The position numbers were made by a program, and so were the translations under genes. DNA of 63,033 nucleotides, the filler included, from Octopus bimaculoides (lineage: Eukaryota): NCBI RefSeq assembly GCF_001194135.2. It is 5 parts of 5 records of this genome, joined end to end, with 100 filler letters (N's around TTAATTAATTAA, not from the genome) between each part and the next. Parts side by side here need not be neighbours in the genome. Positions count along the whole stretch, not along the records: positions 1 to 26,290 come from NC_068981.1; 4 more parts are not named here. The stretch is one strand, 5' to 3'. This document shows positions 11,182 through 23,619 of the stretch, one piece after another (the first letter of the stretch is position 1; every line of letters begins with the position of its first letter). A model generated the notes under the pieces. That model was not told the DNA's origin. It did not search any database and saw nothing but the letters and a program-made list of their open reading frames with translations.

Positions 11182-12135
11182 GTGTAGGAGTGGCTGTGTG
11201 AAGACGCGTGTAAGAGGCATAGTGACGGATACCTTTGTATCTGGCCAGGGGTTAACTTTTTTTTATTACCACCTCAGTAGTAAGATCAGGCTGGAGAAAA
11301 GGTATCTGTCACGAGACAGACTCATGAGAAGATGGGAGCCTGTGGTGAGGAAGCTGGGAGTGTTTGGCACCAGGGAAGTGGGAGCCAAAAACAAGGGAAA
11401 GAAAAAGCAAGGGGTCTACCCTGGTGGTCGGATGCCTATCCTTCAAGAAAGCCATTACACATTGCATCTGTAATGAGCAATGCTTCAATCGAACATTGTA
11501 AATATAATCCAATTTTTATTGTATATTTAAAATTGTAAATATTTAATCGACACAGCTACTTCACCCCTTTTATGTTTGTCTGTCCTTGTTCCCTCTTTGT
11601 AATGTCCCCTCTTTGTAATGCCTTTATGGCAAATATTTATGAAATAAAGTAGCTTGCTACGAACCTCATGGTTCCAGGTTTAGTCCCACTGCGTGGCACC
11701 TTGGGCAACAGTCTTNNNNNNNNNNNNNNNNNNNNNNNNNNNNNNNNNNNNNNNNNNNNNNNNNNNNNNNNNNNNNNNNNNNNNNNNNNNNNNNNNNNNN
11801 NNNNNNNNNNNNNNNNNNNNNNNNNNNNNNNNNNNNNNNNNNNNNNNNNNNNNNNNNNNNNNNNNNNNNNNNNNNNNNNNNNNNNNNNNNNNNNNNNTAT
11901 ATATATATACATATGTGTGTGTATATGTTTGTATGTCTGTTTGTCCCCCCAACATCGCTTCACAACCGATGCTGGTGTGTTTACGTCCCTGTAACTAAGC
12001 GGTTCGGCAAAATGGACGATAGAATAAGTACTAGGCTTACAAAGAATAAGTACTGGGGTCGATTTGCTCGACTAAAGGCGGTGCTCCAGCATGGCCACAG
12101 TCAAATGACTGAAACAAGTGAAAGAGTAAAAGAGT
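11182..12135 (+). mobile_element. Same CORE-like SINE, head split by a LINE 3' fragment; gap inside
   Basis: gtaggagtggctgtgtg (11182-11199) resumes as gtagcttgctacgaacctcatggttcc at 11649; tail 11940-12135. Confidence 0.8.
11200..11648 (+). mobile_element. 5'-truncated LINE 3' end (L1/Tx1-like)
   Basis: Peptide TRVRGIVTDTFVSGQGLTFFYYHLSSKIRLEKRYLSRDRLMRRW resembles L1/Tx1 ORF2 C-termini; ends in an A-rich tail (gaaataaa). Confidence 0.5.
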
Positions 12136-12239
12136 ATGCTATCCACCATATTTTGATCGTACATGTCTGTAACAATAGCAATATCACCATCGCCAGCATT
12201 ATTCAGATAACACTGTCTAACACAATTTTCGTCTTAATG

Positions 12240-13435
12240 CACGGAAGTACCCAAAAAGTGGAATTTTGCAATATTCACTTAGTGTTACATGTTTACACTT
12301 TTATCGCCTTCAAAGTATTCTCCATTTGCAGCAATGCATCGGTTCAGAACACGTTTTCCACAGTTTGAAGCAGTGCTGGGACTCTTGCCAAGTGATGCCT
12401 TTTAACGCCTCCGTCATGTTTTTCTTCACTTCTTCCACATCTACAAAAAAGTTTTCCTTTAAGGACTTTTATTTCATTCAGGGGAACAGAAAAAAGTCAC
12501 AGGGAGCAAGATCGGGCAAATGGGGAGGGTGGGTAAGCAGAGTTATGCCATTTTTCTTCAAAAACTGCTTTACACTCAAGGCGTTCTGCGCAGGAGATTG
12601 TTGTGATGAAACCACCACTCTCAACTTTGCCACAAATCGGAGTGTTTTCGTCTCATAAACGCTTCTGAACTGTCAAGTAAAATGTCTGGTTAGCAGTTTG
12701 ACCAAGAAGAACAAATTCTGTAGGGACAATTCCTTTTGAATCGATAAAACAAATCAAACATCGTCTTGAAATTGGACTTCACTTGATGCTGTTTTGGTGT
12801 GTGATGACATTAAAGGCATCCATTGACTTGATATGCCGTTTCGTTTCTGGGTCGTAGCCGTAGCACCAGACTTGGTCACCACTGATAACCTTCGGAAAGG
12901 GGTCCGGATGAAATTCCAACTGTTCTTTCAGTTCACGTTACGCATTCAGTCCTAACTGCTTTTGATTTTCCGTGAGCAAGTGAGGTACAAGTTTTGCTCC
13001 AACTCTTTTCATTCGCAATTCCTCGCTCAAAATTCGTAGGCAGGAACTCCAAGTTACATCAGTCATATCAACAAGTACGTCAATTGTTCGGCGACGTTTG
13101 TCCAAGAACGGTTCGTGAATTTTCATGATGCATCCATTTGTTCGGGAGGTCGGCGAACCCTGAGTGAGGTTGGTCTTCAAACGAGAAGTGACCATCCATA
13201 AAGCGTGAAAACCACTCATAAACTCATGTTTTGTTCATGGCAGCGCCCTTGTAAAATTTTTAAGTATGACAGTTAGTTCGGCCGCCGTTTTCCTCAGCGG
13301 AAAACAGTATTTCTCTGAAGTACACTGTTCCTTCATTTCAGTCATCGAAAATATCGACGAACAGAGGAGAAGCATTACAAAACAAAAACGCACCGCGTGG
13401 CAGTACGACCTTAGTAAGCGATGCTGGTTGACAGT
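12240..13435 (-). mobile_element. Mariner-like transposon remnant
   Basis: Minus-strand motifs LRMKRVGAKLVPHLLTENQKQ and LTHPPHLPDLAPCDFFLFP (YSPDLAP-type); TIR-like start cacggaagtacccaaaaag. Confidence 0.9.
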
Positions 13436-14280
13436 GTAATCCATTAGTGAATAAAGCAGGGGTGGTGGCGTTAGTGGGTCTCTGTCGTCCGACAATGAGG
13501 TTTCAGTTGTCAAATCAACTGAATTATCAGCTACTGAATTTGCTTTTAAGTTGTTGAGCATTCTATAGACAAGTATCGCACATGATTTTCTGGCAGAACC
13601 AGCGTCAAACCGTAATTGTCACAATGCTGTACTTTTTGATTTACAAGGATAATTCACCGGATAAGTTTCTATGAAATTTTCACCCACTCAGCTTTTACTC
13701 ACAAGGTTGGCGTGAGGCCGCAGAGCGTAGTATATGTCCATGATGCTATGCACTAGAATCAAATCTACAACTTAATCTAACCATTAGGCCATACTGTACC
13801 TACAGTAAATGCAGTATACTAACAATTAAGACAAGATGCTCGCGGCTAGAAGGAATTCAATCGAATAATCTGTATTGGACACAGAGAAATATTTCTTAGA
13901 CATTTAGATGCGCGGACACCATCAAAGAACGACACTAGCTTCGAATTTGTAGTAGTTAGCCTTTAAGATATCTATGAAATTGTCTTAGACATTTTCAGAG
14001 TACTCACAAAAAGCCCACTACATTTTCAAATAATCCGGGAAAATATACAGGACGTTACAGAGAAAATAACAATAACACTGATAGCAACAACTCGATTAAA
14101 ACAATATGTTATGTTGTCCATTTTCAAGAATACAGATCCATACAAAATACATAATTTAAAAATGAACGCTTCCAACACAATAAAAAATATTGTAAGCATG
14201 ATTCAAAAGTATTTGAAAATTCTGTACTACCTTATGAACTAGGAACAGTAGATATTACCATCACTTGAAAATTCATAAGG

Positions 14281-14495
14281 TGACTAGATGGCAGTATCGT
14301 TAGCAGTCGGTCAAAATGCTTAGCGGCATTTCGTCTGTCTTTACGTTTTGAATTCAAATTCCGCCGAGGTCGACTTTACCTTTCAATCTTTCGAGGTCGG
14401 TAAAATAAATACCAGTTGAGCACTAGGACAATGTAAATGGCTCAACCCTTCCTCCGAAATTGCTGGCCTAGTGCGAAAACTTGAAGCCCAAATTT
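14281..14495 (+). mobile_element. tRNA-derived SINE (same family as the 6085-7022 array)
   Basis: tggcagtatcgttagc...gaattcaaattccgccgaggtcgactttacc. Further copies at about 2390-2490, 15475-15570, 19385-19535 and 54620-54940. Confidence 0.85.
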
Positions 14496-14929
14496 CAGGA
14501 AGTAATTTACTACCAAAACTTTGAACATTTACAATTCCAAATGCTAACTAAATCGGAATAAACACATCCTTTGACAACAAGGGAAGGTCTTAAGGCGTAC
14601 ATAAAAGATTGTTCTCATGATAAACTCATCATCGTTCTAGTTTGTATACTAATAGGGAACGACACTACGTACGCTAGAAATACAAGGTTTCGAAACACAA
14701 AAGAACCCGGTAGTATGAAGCATAATTTTGGTTGTTGCTTACATCCACTCGCAATAAGCAATAGAAAAATGTAAAAATCTTAAAATCCCTTTCCCATAAT
14801 ATCACAATAATATCACACCTCAAACACTAAGAATCATTAGTCTCATCAACATCTATAGATACACGTACTAACACAAGTACATCCCAGAATCTGAAAGTTG
14901 GGCAGAATTAAGATAATTCTATTGTCCAT

Positions 14930-15390
14930 TAAATACATAAGTGAACTAATATTATACAGGTCTATCATTTTCCTACGTATTCATACAAATATTTTTCAAA
15001 GCCTAATTGTAAACATCACTAATCCATACATCTTCAACCCCAAATCACAATACGGATTTTGATCATTACACTATTCAAAACTTGAGACGGAATATATCTA
15101 TAATTTCAACAATATAATCTTTCTACGCGAACTATGCAAACTAGCACCGATATCGGTAAAGTTTTCGACTTCACTCTATGCTGAGCACGCATAGAAAAAC
15201 TATTCAACTCTCTACTTTAAAGAGTAACAAAAATCGGTGGGGTAGAAAGCTACTTCTCAGGCAGTGAAGCCAATGTACTGTGCACTAATAACACCTATAG
15301 ATTTTATAATTTCATGAATAAAGTACAACAGGGAACATTTCTCTCACCAACTCTTTTCAGATTATACAAGACACATTCCAATTCCAGAGG
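14930..15390 (+). mobile_element. Highly decayed LINE reverse-transcriptase remnant
   Basis: Ordered RT-like motifs YRSIIFL, DIGKVFD and KVQQGTFLSPTLFRLY. Confidence 0.65.
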
Positions 15391-15573
15391 TTTTCAGATT
15401 TTTTCAGAAAAGCACTTATTTATATCAGAGAAATACAAAGCTCTCTAACATCTCTCAAAGTAGTGCTCCAGCCAGACAGAAGGATGGCAGAATCGTTAGC
15501 ACGCTGGCAAAATGCTTGGAAGCAATTTCGTTCGTCTTTATGTCCTGAGCTCGAAGTTGACTTTACTTTTAGT

Positions 15574-15790
15574 AGAGGCACGTGGCTTAGTGGTTAGGGT
15601 GTTGAACAGTTGATCGTAAGACTGTGGTTTCGCTTCCTGGACCGGGCGATGCGTTGCTCCATTCCACTCAGCTGGCAAAACTGAGTAATCCTGTGATACA
15701 GCAGCGTCCCGTCCAGGTGGAGAATATACACGCTATAGAAACCGGAAAACCGGTCCATATGAGTTGACATCACTCGAGAAAGTAACTTTA
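15574..15790 (+). mobile_element. tRNA-derived SINE, related to the 25891/32363 family but with a different 3' part
   Basis: ggcacgtggcttagtggttagggtg...tttcgcttcctggaccgggc...ctccattccactcagctggc. Confidence 0.7.
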
Positions 15791-15792
15791 GC

Positions 15793-16240
15793 TTGCCTTA
15801 CCTAATGTTCCAATCACTTCGTGAAACCCCGTGGGAGTCTTCAAAACTGAAAGTTTCTAGGACCCTTGTCACAATCTCATTCTTCTTCAAAACCACTGCC
15901 CATGAAGTTTCCTTTCAGCTTAGAGAACAACCAGAAATCACACAGAACAAAGTCTGGAGAGTAGGTAAGGGACAATTTTGATGTTCATCCTATCTCTATC
16001 ATGTAGCTGGTTACCAGTATTCACGTCACTGATCACCATGGGAACAAACTTAGTACAAATTTTGCTCAGATTTTGATGAACATATCTGTGTACAGTTGTC
16101 GCATCACATCCAACAAAATTACTTGTATGTTCATAGTCTTTATGTTCTAATGACTCTCTCCCTTCCACGCCTCTGTTCGTCTCTCACCTCCTCTCTATCG
16201 TCCTTGAACTTCTTGTAACAGCGAAGAAGTTAATCCTTAA
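15793..16240 (-). mobile_element. Internally deleted mariner-like remnant (a different family)
   Basis: Minus-strand KKFKDDREEVRDE, KICTKFVPMVISD and C-terminal VTRVLETFSFEDSHG. Confidence 0.7.
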
Positions 16241-16520
16241 GTAGTCTGCATCATCTGGCACTGCGGAGGCTGGACAGGTAAATCGCTTGATCTCTCTATT
16301 CTGGTGCGCGTAACAGACAATGCTCATCTGCCAACGATATGAATATTTACAAATATAAGTTATTTATGCACCATGTATCCATATGAAAAGTCTTCTGAAG
16401 GTAAAAAACGCAGTATTCGTCTCTTTTGCCGAAAGGTAAACAAAGCAATACCTGAGTCAAACACAGTTACAAAGATACACACACAGGGACACGCACACAA
16501 AAGATACATACATACATACA

Positions 16521-16551
<31 letters not shown>

Positions 16552-16756
16552 CAACTCGAAGCGACAAGTCGTGTATTTGGTGTGGGAGACTATTTGTCGA
16601 AAATACGATGAATACTATTTGCAACTTCGGAGCCACAGCTATGAGCCCTATTAAATAAATGGTTAATCTTCAGATGATCTAACTGAAGGAGTCTTTTATT
16701 CACGACCGTAGTGATTTTCGACTGAAACTTGCATTTACGATGCAGAGAGTTATAAA

Positions 16757-17012
16757 CAACGATATTTGAACATTGTTCGATAATAATTGTTCGGAAACAA
16801 TTATTCGAAAACAATTATTCGAAAAACATTTATTCGAATGGAAAATTGTATGAATAAAAATTATTCAAAAGGACAATTATCCGAAATGTTAATTATTCTA
16901 TATTTTTTATTTTATTTAAACAAAAATGATAAAATTAAAAATCAATCAAGTACACAAATGATATTTATTTCTAATAACTGTTTTTCGAATAACTGTTTTC
17001 GAACAATTTTCA
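16757..17012. repeat. Foldback-like element with 14-15-bp tandem subunits (aaacaattattcgaa) in both arms
   Basis: About 9 direct units at 16769-16900 and about 3 inverted units (ttcgaataactgttt) at 16966-17012. Confidence 0.7.
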
Positions 17013-17759
17013 TGATACATAAGCAACATGGTTGGACACAACATCAATAACAGCACAACCAAAGAACAGAACGAAAACACCTCAATTTGTATGTTGAGCC
17101 CTCTAAGAGAAAGATGCAAGTTCCGCAGTTTGGGCGGTTCCACTTTTTGACTTCTGAGGTTGTATTTTTAGTGGATAATTTGGCGCTGGCGAGTAATTTT
17201 TTTAAAGATGAATTCATGAATATCAAAATTAAAGGTTCATCTACTAAGGAGTTGTTTATTGTAGATAATAAACAACTCCTTCATAGATAATGGAGCTGCG
17301 CGTTCTACTTTTATTAGAAGTAGAGATAAAAGCGTCAATTATTCCTTCCCCCTCCTAAAACCTCTACTAACCTCTAAATTTATTTGTTCTCATTAAATAT
17401 ACACTATTCTGATAAATCCATTGTCAACTGAATGGATGTGTGTGTGTGTCTGTACTAATATATTAATATTAATATAAATATTTAAATATTTAGCTAAAGC
17501 AACTGAGTGACTCAAGGGCCTTCAGTTTTTCGTGCGTTGGTACTTATCAAACTAGTTGCAGGTGGAAGAGCTGTGGGTTTTTATAGCTGGTTAAAATTAC
17601 AATTCTTTGGATTGTTCTGGAATGAATTGTAAAAACAATTACGAAATTATGGGGATAATTCATATTTCTCAGATACTTTGCTCGTTATGTTGTTCAATAA
17701 GCAAATATATAAACAAATCTATCTATCTAGGGCGGGTAAATTCCCAAGATCCATGGACG

Positions 17760-18725
17760 TGTTCTCTCTAGCGGTCTTTGTTCCTCATCACCGCTGCCAT
17801 GTCCTGTGTTTCCCAGACACCAGTGTCTGTCCTTAGGGCAGTAGCATATGTCATGCTCGGTTCCTCTCTTCTAGTGTATCCGTCTAGGGGCTCCCACAAG
17901 AGCATGAGTGCAATGTCAACTCTGAATGACGGTGAGTATGTCCAGCTACCTCAGCGTCCTCTCTGTAATTGTCGAGCTAAATGCTGGAAGGCTCTCATAC
18001 AGCTATGAGTTCTTCATCCTCAATGTATACTGATTAATTTTCAGAGCTATCCTCAGCATTCTCGTGTAGCAGTCATCCACCATCTGAGTGAGCTTCTTGG
18101 TCTCAGACTCGAACAGTAACACAGACTCCACTGCAGAAACGATGAGACGGATCTTCAGAGCTTTACGAAGGCCCGACTTCCATACAGATCTCAAACTGTG
18201 GCATGTCACCGAAGCTTTGTTCTTTCTCTCATCCTCCATGTTCCCAATTTTACTCCCAGATACAGGAAGTCCTCAACCAATTCTTGAGGCTTCTCGCCTA
18301 CATTCATAATCTTCTCTGGCTTCTTAATGTTCCCTACCAGATACTTCGTCTTAATTTCATTCATTTTCAGCGCCACACTCATCGACACAGTCTCTACTAC
18401 CTACATCAACTTCTCTGCTTCCCTCACTGTGTTTGTCACTAGAACTATGTCGTCAGCAAATTCAGCATCTGATATCTTTTTAGCCTTGACCCTCTTGCAC
18501 TGTGCCGACGTTACAGTAAAGCCAGAGTCCTGGTGTTTCTCCAATGCAAGGGACATAAAATAGTCCATCACAGTGATAAAAATGTAGGAAGCGAATGTAT
18601 CCCCTTGAAGCACTCCAATCAATATCTCAAAGAACTCCGACACCCCGTCTGGTGTAATGACTTGGGCTCTGGTGTTGATGTAGAGCAGTGATATCAGGTC
18701 CACTATCTTCTTGGGGATTCCATAA
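17760..18725 (-). mobile_element. 5'-truncated LINE (RTE-like) reverse-transcriptase fragment
   Basis: GVLQGDTFASYIF, EFADDIVL, DFLYLG and LIVSAVESVLLFESET, with frameshifts. Confidence 0.9.
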
Positions 18726-18908
18726 ACATGTAAGAACTACAAATAAATAAAGAAAAAGATAAAGATAAAAAAATAAAAAGGAAATTTTGTGCGCATATTC
18801 AGAAAGGCAAATTCGCACATATATGAGAAAATATATATATAAAATAGAAATAAAAACATATAGATGTACATCTTTTGAGTTCTATTTCTCCTGTTTGCGT
18901 ACCCATAC

Positions 18909-18961
<53 letters not shown>

Positions 18962-19056
18962 CACACATACATACACACACACACACTCGTATATACACAT
19001 ATAGTCATTCAACTTGCTGATTCCTACAGTTTCACTTCTAAACGGTAGTAAATAAC

Positions 19057-19138
19057 AGCCCTGATGAAGCTGTATCGACAATGACACCAGGATGCATATC
19101 TAACTGTGCAGTCAATGAAGTTGAAACGCGCGTTGGTC
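19057..19138 (+). ncRNA. Type-I hammerhead motif with extended helix II, in a Penelope-like terminal segment
   Basis: gcc-CTGATGA (19061-67)-helix II-GAAA (19123-26)-C GCGC G-TT-ggt, followed by AATAAA. Same family as 417-500. Confidence 0.6.
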
Positions 19139-20207
19139 CAGAAAAGAATGCTGTAAACAATTGTTCAATAAAATTATAGATGTGGAAATATCTCCGTTCT
19201 CCTTATCATAATTAATTCTATTACTTATGCTACGGAAACTATGCAGTCCCAAATAGGACTTACCAAGCGAGAATAATTACCAGAGTCTAGTAGCTTATTA
19301 ACTCGGGTATCACTAAAGGACCGTTGTGGTTAGCCGGCATATGAATCCTATTTAAGAGGTAACACGGTAGCCGCGAGGATTACATATTACAAATTTTGTA
19401 GGAGAGGCCAGTCGATTAGATCGACCCCCGTACGCAACTGATACTTAATTTATTGATACCGAAAGAATAAAAGGCAAAGTCGACTTCGGCAGAATTTGAA
19501 CTCGAGGTGCTAACGTTTCTTACAGCTCGCCGCCATTGTCTGTTCCCGATTTAATTCATTTATACTGTAGCTTTGTATACCTTTATAAACTTCTTAAAGT
19601 TATTTATTTGTTTATAGTTGCTTACTATAACTACTTTGCTTCCTCTTTTTATTCCTTCTTGTTCATTAATATTGAGGGTGGTGAATTCTCTGAACATAGC
19701 TGTTGCACCTTTTTAATTTTTTCAAATCGTCTTGCCCGCCTACATCCCACGTGCTATAAGAATGTATTTTTCGTGTTTTGGGGATTTGATATATCTTTTC
19801 AACATGAAAGGAGACCACTTAGTGGTTCTCCTATTTGTGTGTAATTTATACACACGTATATATTATAAAAATATTTATAGTCTACAGATATTTTTTACGC
19901 ATGTTGTTCACTAGTATGAATTATCATTTTTAATAATGTTTTTCCCTATATATATATTTATATTTAAATACTTTAATTCTTGAGTCAGATAATTCACTAA
20001 TGAATTTTTATTCACTGCTGCTTTCCTCTAGATTGGCACGTTGGTTGAGGACATTTTAATTGAATTCACGATGAATATCGTTAAAACTCGATATGCACGT
20101 GTGTGTGTATAGATAGATAAAATAAGTAACAAAGATGTCCAGGTATTAAAGCATTACGGCCGTTTCAAGCGGCTCCATTTAATATATATATATATATATA
20201 TATATAA

Positions 20208-20554
20208 TTTTTTCCGAATGATATACAAAAGCAAAGGCTGTGAAGGTTTTAGAACAATTATAAATAGAAGGTCTTACAGCTGTTTCAAGTATATATATTA
20301 TATCCCTTCATCGGAGACGGTGTGAGAAAATGGAAGAATGAAAATAGATGTACGATATTCAGGGATACTGCATTTGTAGATCCATTATTTATGCAGAATG
20401 GTATACAGATAAAATTGATTATTGCTTAACCATTTTCTCACACCGTATCCACTGAAGGGATACAATAAATATCCTAGAAACTACTGTAAGACCTTCTAAT
20501 TATAAATGTTCTAAAATCTTCACAGCCTTCGTTTTTTATCTCATTCTGGAAAAA
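20208..20554. mobile_element. Inverted pair (arms about 125 bp) of hammerhead-bearing segments
   Basis: 20208-20333 matches the reverse complement of 20430-20554; spacer 96 bp. Confidence 0.9.
20271..20318 (-). ncRNA. Minimal type-I hammerhead motif (U4>C variant)
   Basis: gtct-CCGATGA-agggatata atat atatactt-GAAA-C AGCT G-TA-agac. The decayed mirror copy is at 20445-20492 (+). Confidence 0.65.
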
Positions 20555-20707
20555 TATATTTTATATATAGACATGCTATATATAAAATATATACGTTCGA
20601 CTCCTTATTCGGATAATCACCGAACCTGGAGCTTGACTATGGTCTATCCATAGCACTTACGCAGCATTATCTGACACCTTTGGGTCTTACTGACACCATT
20701 ACCTCTC

Positions 20708-20739
<32 letters not shown>

Positions 20740-20745
<6 letters not shown>

Positions 20746-20989
20746 TTAGAAATGCAGAGACGCCTATAATAGGACATCTACTCGCTAGAAATAGCAGCAA
20801 AAATACTACATACCACAAAAGTTAGGGTTTCAAGACTTGAAACCATGGTACAGAATATAGATTGGTAAAAGTTTTTATTTTTCATTTCCTTTCGAAATTA
20901 TCCCTAACTTTTGTGGTATGTAGTATTTTTGCTGCTATTTCTAGCGAGTAGATGTCCTATTATAGGCGTCTCTGCATTTCTAATGAATA
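20740..20989. repeat. Perfect 88-bp inverted repeat with 74-bp spacer
   Basis: 20740-20827 is the exact reverse complement of 20902-20989. Confidence 0.95.
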
Positions 20990-21419
20990 ATACATAGTCT
21001 ATTGACTGTTTTTACTCTCGCTAGGCCACTGGTGGNNNNNNNNNNNNNNNNNNNNNNNNNNNNNNNNNNNNNNNNNNNNNNNNNNNNNNNNNNNNNNNNN
21101 NNNNNNNNNNNNNNNNNNNNNNNNNNNNNNNNNNNNNNNNNNNNNNNNNNNNNNNNNNNNNNNNNNNNNNNNNNNNNNTATATATATATATATTTATAAT
21201 ATTTACACATATATACCTGGGTATATATTCACACATATCATACATTAGTTGTAAAATAATTAGAGATTGGACAGGATAATTCTAATCTATATGCAATTAT
21301 ACAGGTAAGATTAAAATACATAGGCTCAAACAGAGTCACACTCACATATTCGGACACATACTTTCACATACGCACATATACACACAGACCCACAGAAAAT
21401 CTATATATACATTTGACCC

Positions 21420-22302
21420 CGATCCCTGCTGTGCATGCGCATTAAGTTTTAATATTCTAGCTTTCCTCCGATGTTTATAACAGTGCTTGAAAGAAACGTG
21501 TGTAGCATGTGATCGTCGCATTGACCATGACAAAATTGAGCAGAGAATCTGCATCAAATTTTGCCAAAAGTTTGGCAAAATCTGTTCTGGAGACTACGCA
21601 AAGTTTTCAAAAAGATTTCATCGTTCTCGACCCAACCAAAATCTTGTGCAACTGAAACCCGAGTGTCCTTTAGGTCAGCTGAAAGCAGTTTTGACGCGAA
21701 CTGGCAGACAAGCGTCTCATACCATGACATGCGTGCAGAACAGTTTCACTGTCCTGCCTGCATCTTGGATAAGTTGGTGTGGGTGAAGAGCCATGCATGT
21801 AGAGTTTATCTCGAACATGCGTCTGATAATGGACTGAACTGAACTGTAGCTACTCTGCACGTCCTCTGATAACTCACGGATGGTGATTCGAGAATTTTCC
21901 CTCACAGCTGCACACACTTCTGCGATGTTTTTCTCAGTTCTGCTGGTTGCAGGTCTCCCAAAGCGTTCGCCACTATCGACGTATCTTTTGTCTATCGTGG
22001 AAACGTCTGAACCACTGGTACACTTGTGTGTGGCTCATACACTCCTCTCCATACATTTTCTGCAAATTTGCGTAGGTCACTGGGCAGGTATCACCATGAA
22101 AACTCTCTGTCATTGTCAATGCGACGACCACACGTTCCTTACAAAAGTTGTTGTAAACAGTGGAAATGAGCTAGAACGTTAGAATTTAGGGAACATGCAC
22201 AACAGCGTCCTAGGGAAATCTAAGCCGAGCAGCTTTCCTTTGCGTGCTTTAGCATCGGTACTATTGCCACGGTCCGGATACTTATTGATCAGACCTCACA
22301 TA
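21420..22302. mobile_element. Two convergent 5' fragments of one mariner family (+ at about 21420-21600, - at about 21800-22302)
   Basis: DKIEQRICIKFCQKFGK on +; YANLQKMYGEECMSHTQV and AVRENSRITIRELSEDV on -. TIR gaggtctgatcaataagtatccggac at about 22273-22300 (-). Confidence 0.8.
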
Positions 22303-22342
22303 CACATACAAATAAATCCATACACGTGCAGAGAGAGAAAAA

Positions 22343-22388
<46 letters not shown>

Positions 22389-23017
22389 CACCCACACGAT
22401 AGTGTAGGTATATCAGTACATTTATACAGACACATATGTATATGCATATACATGTATGCATTCATGTACACACCCATCTACATACATACATATATACATA
22501 TACACACATACGCACATAAATACATACACCGATGCATATATACATTCACATGCACATGTACACAATTTTATATAAGCAGATATATATCTGCATACACATA
22601 CACACGCATATATATATATATACATATATATTATAATATAAATAATATAAATTTATATATGCATATATACATACATACATGTACATACATATATATGTAT
22701 ATACATATGCATATATGGGCACAGAACGTCACAGAACCTAAACAACATGAAATACGAAATAAGAAAACATGGAATACGAATTTTTTTTTTCCGAAAAATG
22801 AAAGAAACAAATGGAAAACAAGACAAACAACATAAAGAACGACTCTACATCTGTTGTCGGCTGATTTTCTACACCGTATTTCGAGCAATTCACAAGAAGA
22901 TACGCCTTCGACAAAACAGAAACATACAAACGTATATTAATACATAGACAGACAGAGTGATACGTATGTGTACATATCCACACAAATATGCACATACACA
23001 CAGATACACACATACAC

Positions 23018-23098
<81 letters not shown>

Positions 23099-23619
23099 NN
23101 NNNNNNNNNNNNNNNNNNNNNNNNNNNNNNNNNNNNNNNNNNNNNNNNNNNNNNNNNNNNNNNNNNNNNNNNNNNNNNNNNNNNNNNNNNNNNNNNNNNN
23201 NNNNNNNNNNNNNNNNNNNNNNNNNNNNNNNNNNNNNNNNNNNNNNNNNNNNNNNNNNNNNNNNNNNNNNNNNNNNNNNNNNNNNNNNNNNNNNNNNNNN
23301 NNNNNNNNNNNNNNNNNNNNNNNNNNNNNNNNNNNNNNNNNNNNNNNNNNNNNNNNNNNNNNNNNNNNNNNNNNNNNNNNNNNNNNNNNNNNNNNNNNNN
23401 NNNNNNNNNNNNNNNNNNNNNNNNNNNNNNNNNNNNNNNNNNNNNNNNNNNNNNNNNNNNNNNNNNNNNNNNNNNNNNNNNNNNNNNNNNNNNNNNNNNN
23501 NNNNNNNNNNNNNNNNNNNNNNNNNNNNNNNNNNNNNNNNNNNNNNNNNNNNNNNNNNNNNNNNNNNNNNNNNNNNNNNNTATATATATATATATATATG
23601 CGCAGGAGTGGCTGTGTGG

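Noticed and set aside
16769-16900. CRISPR-like array
   Set aside because: Units are contiguous with no unique spacers, there are no cas genes, and the context is eukaryotic.
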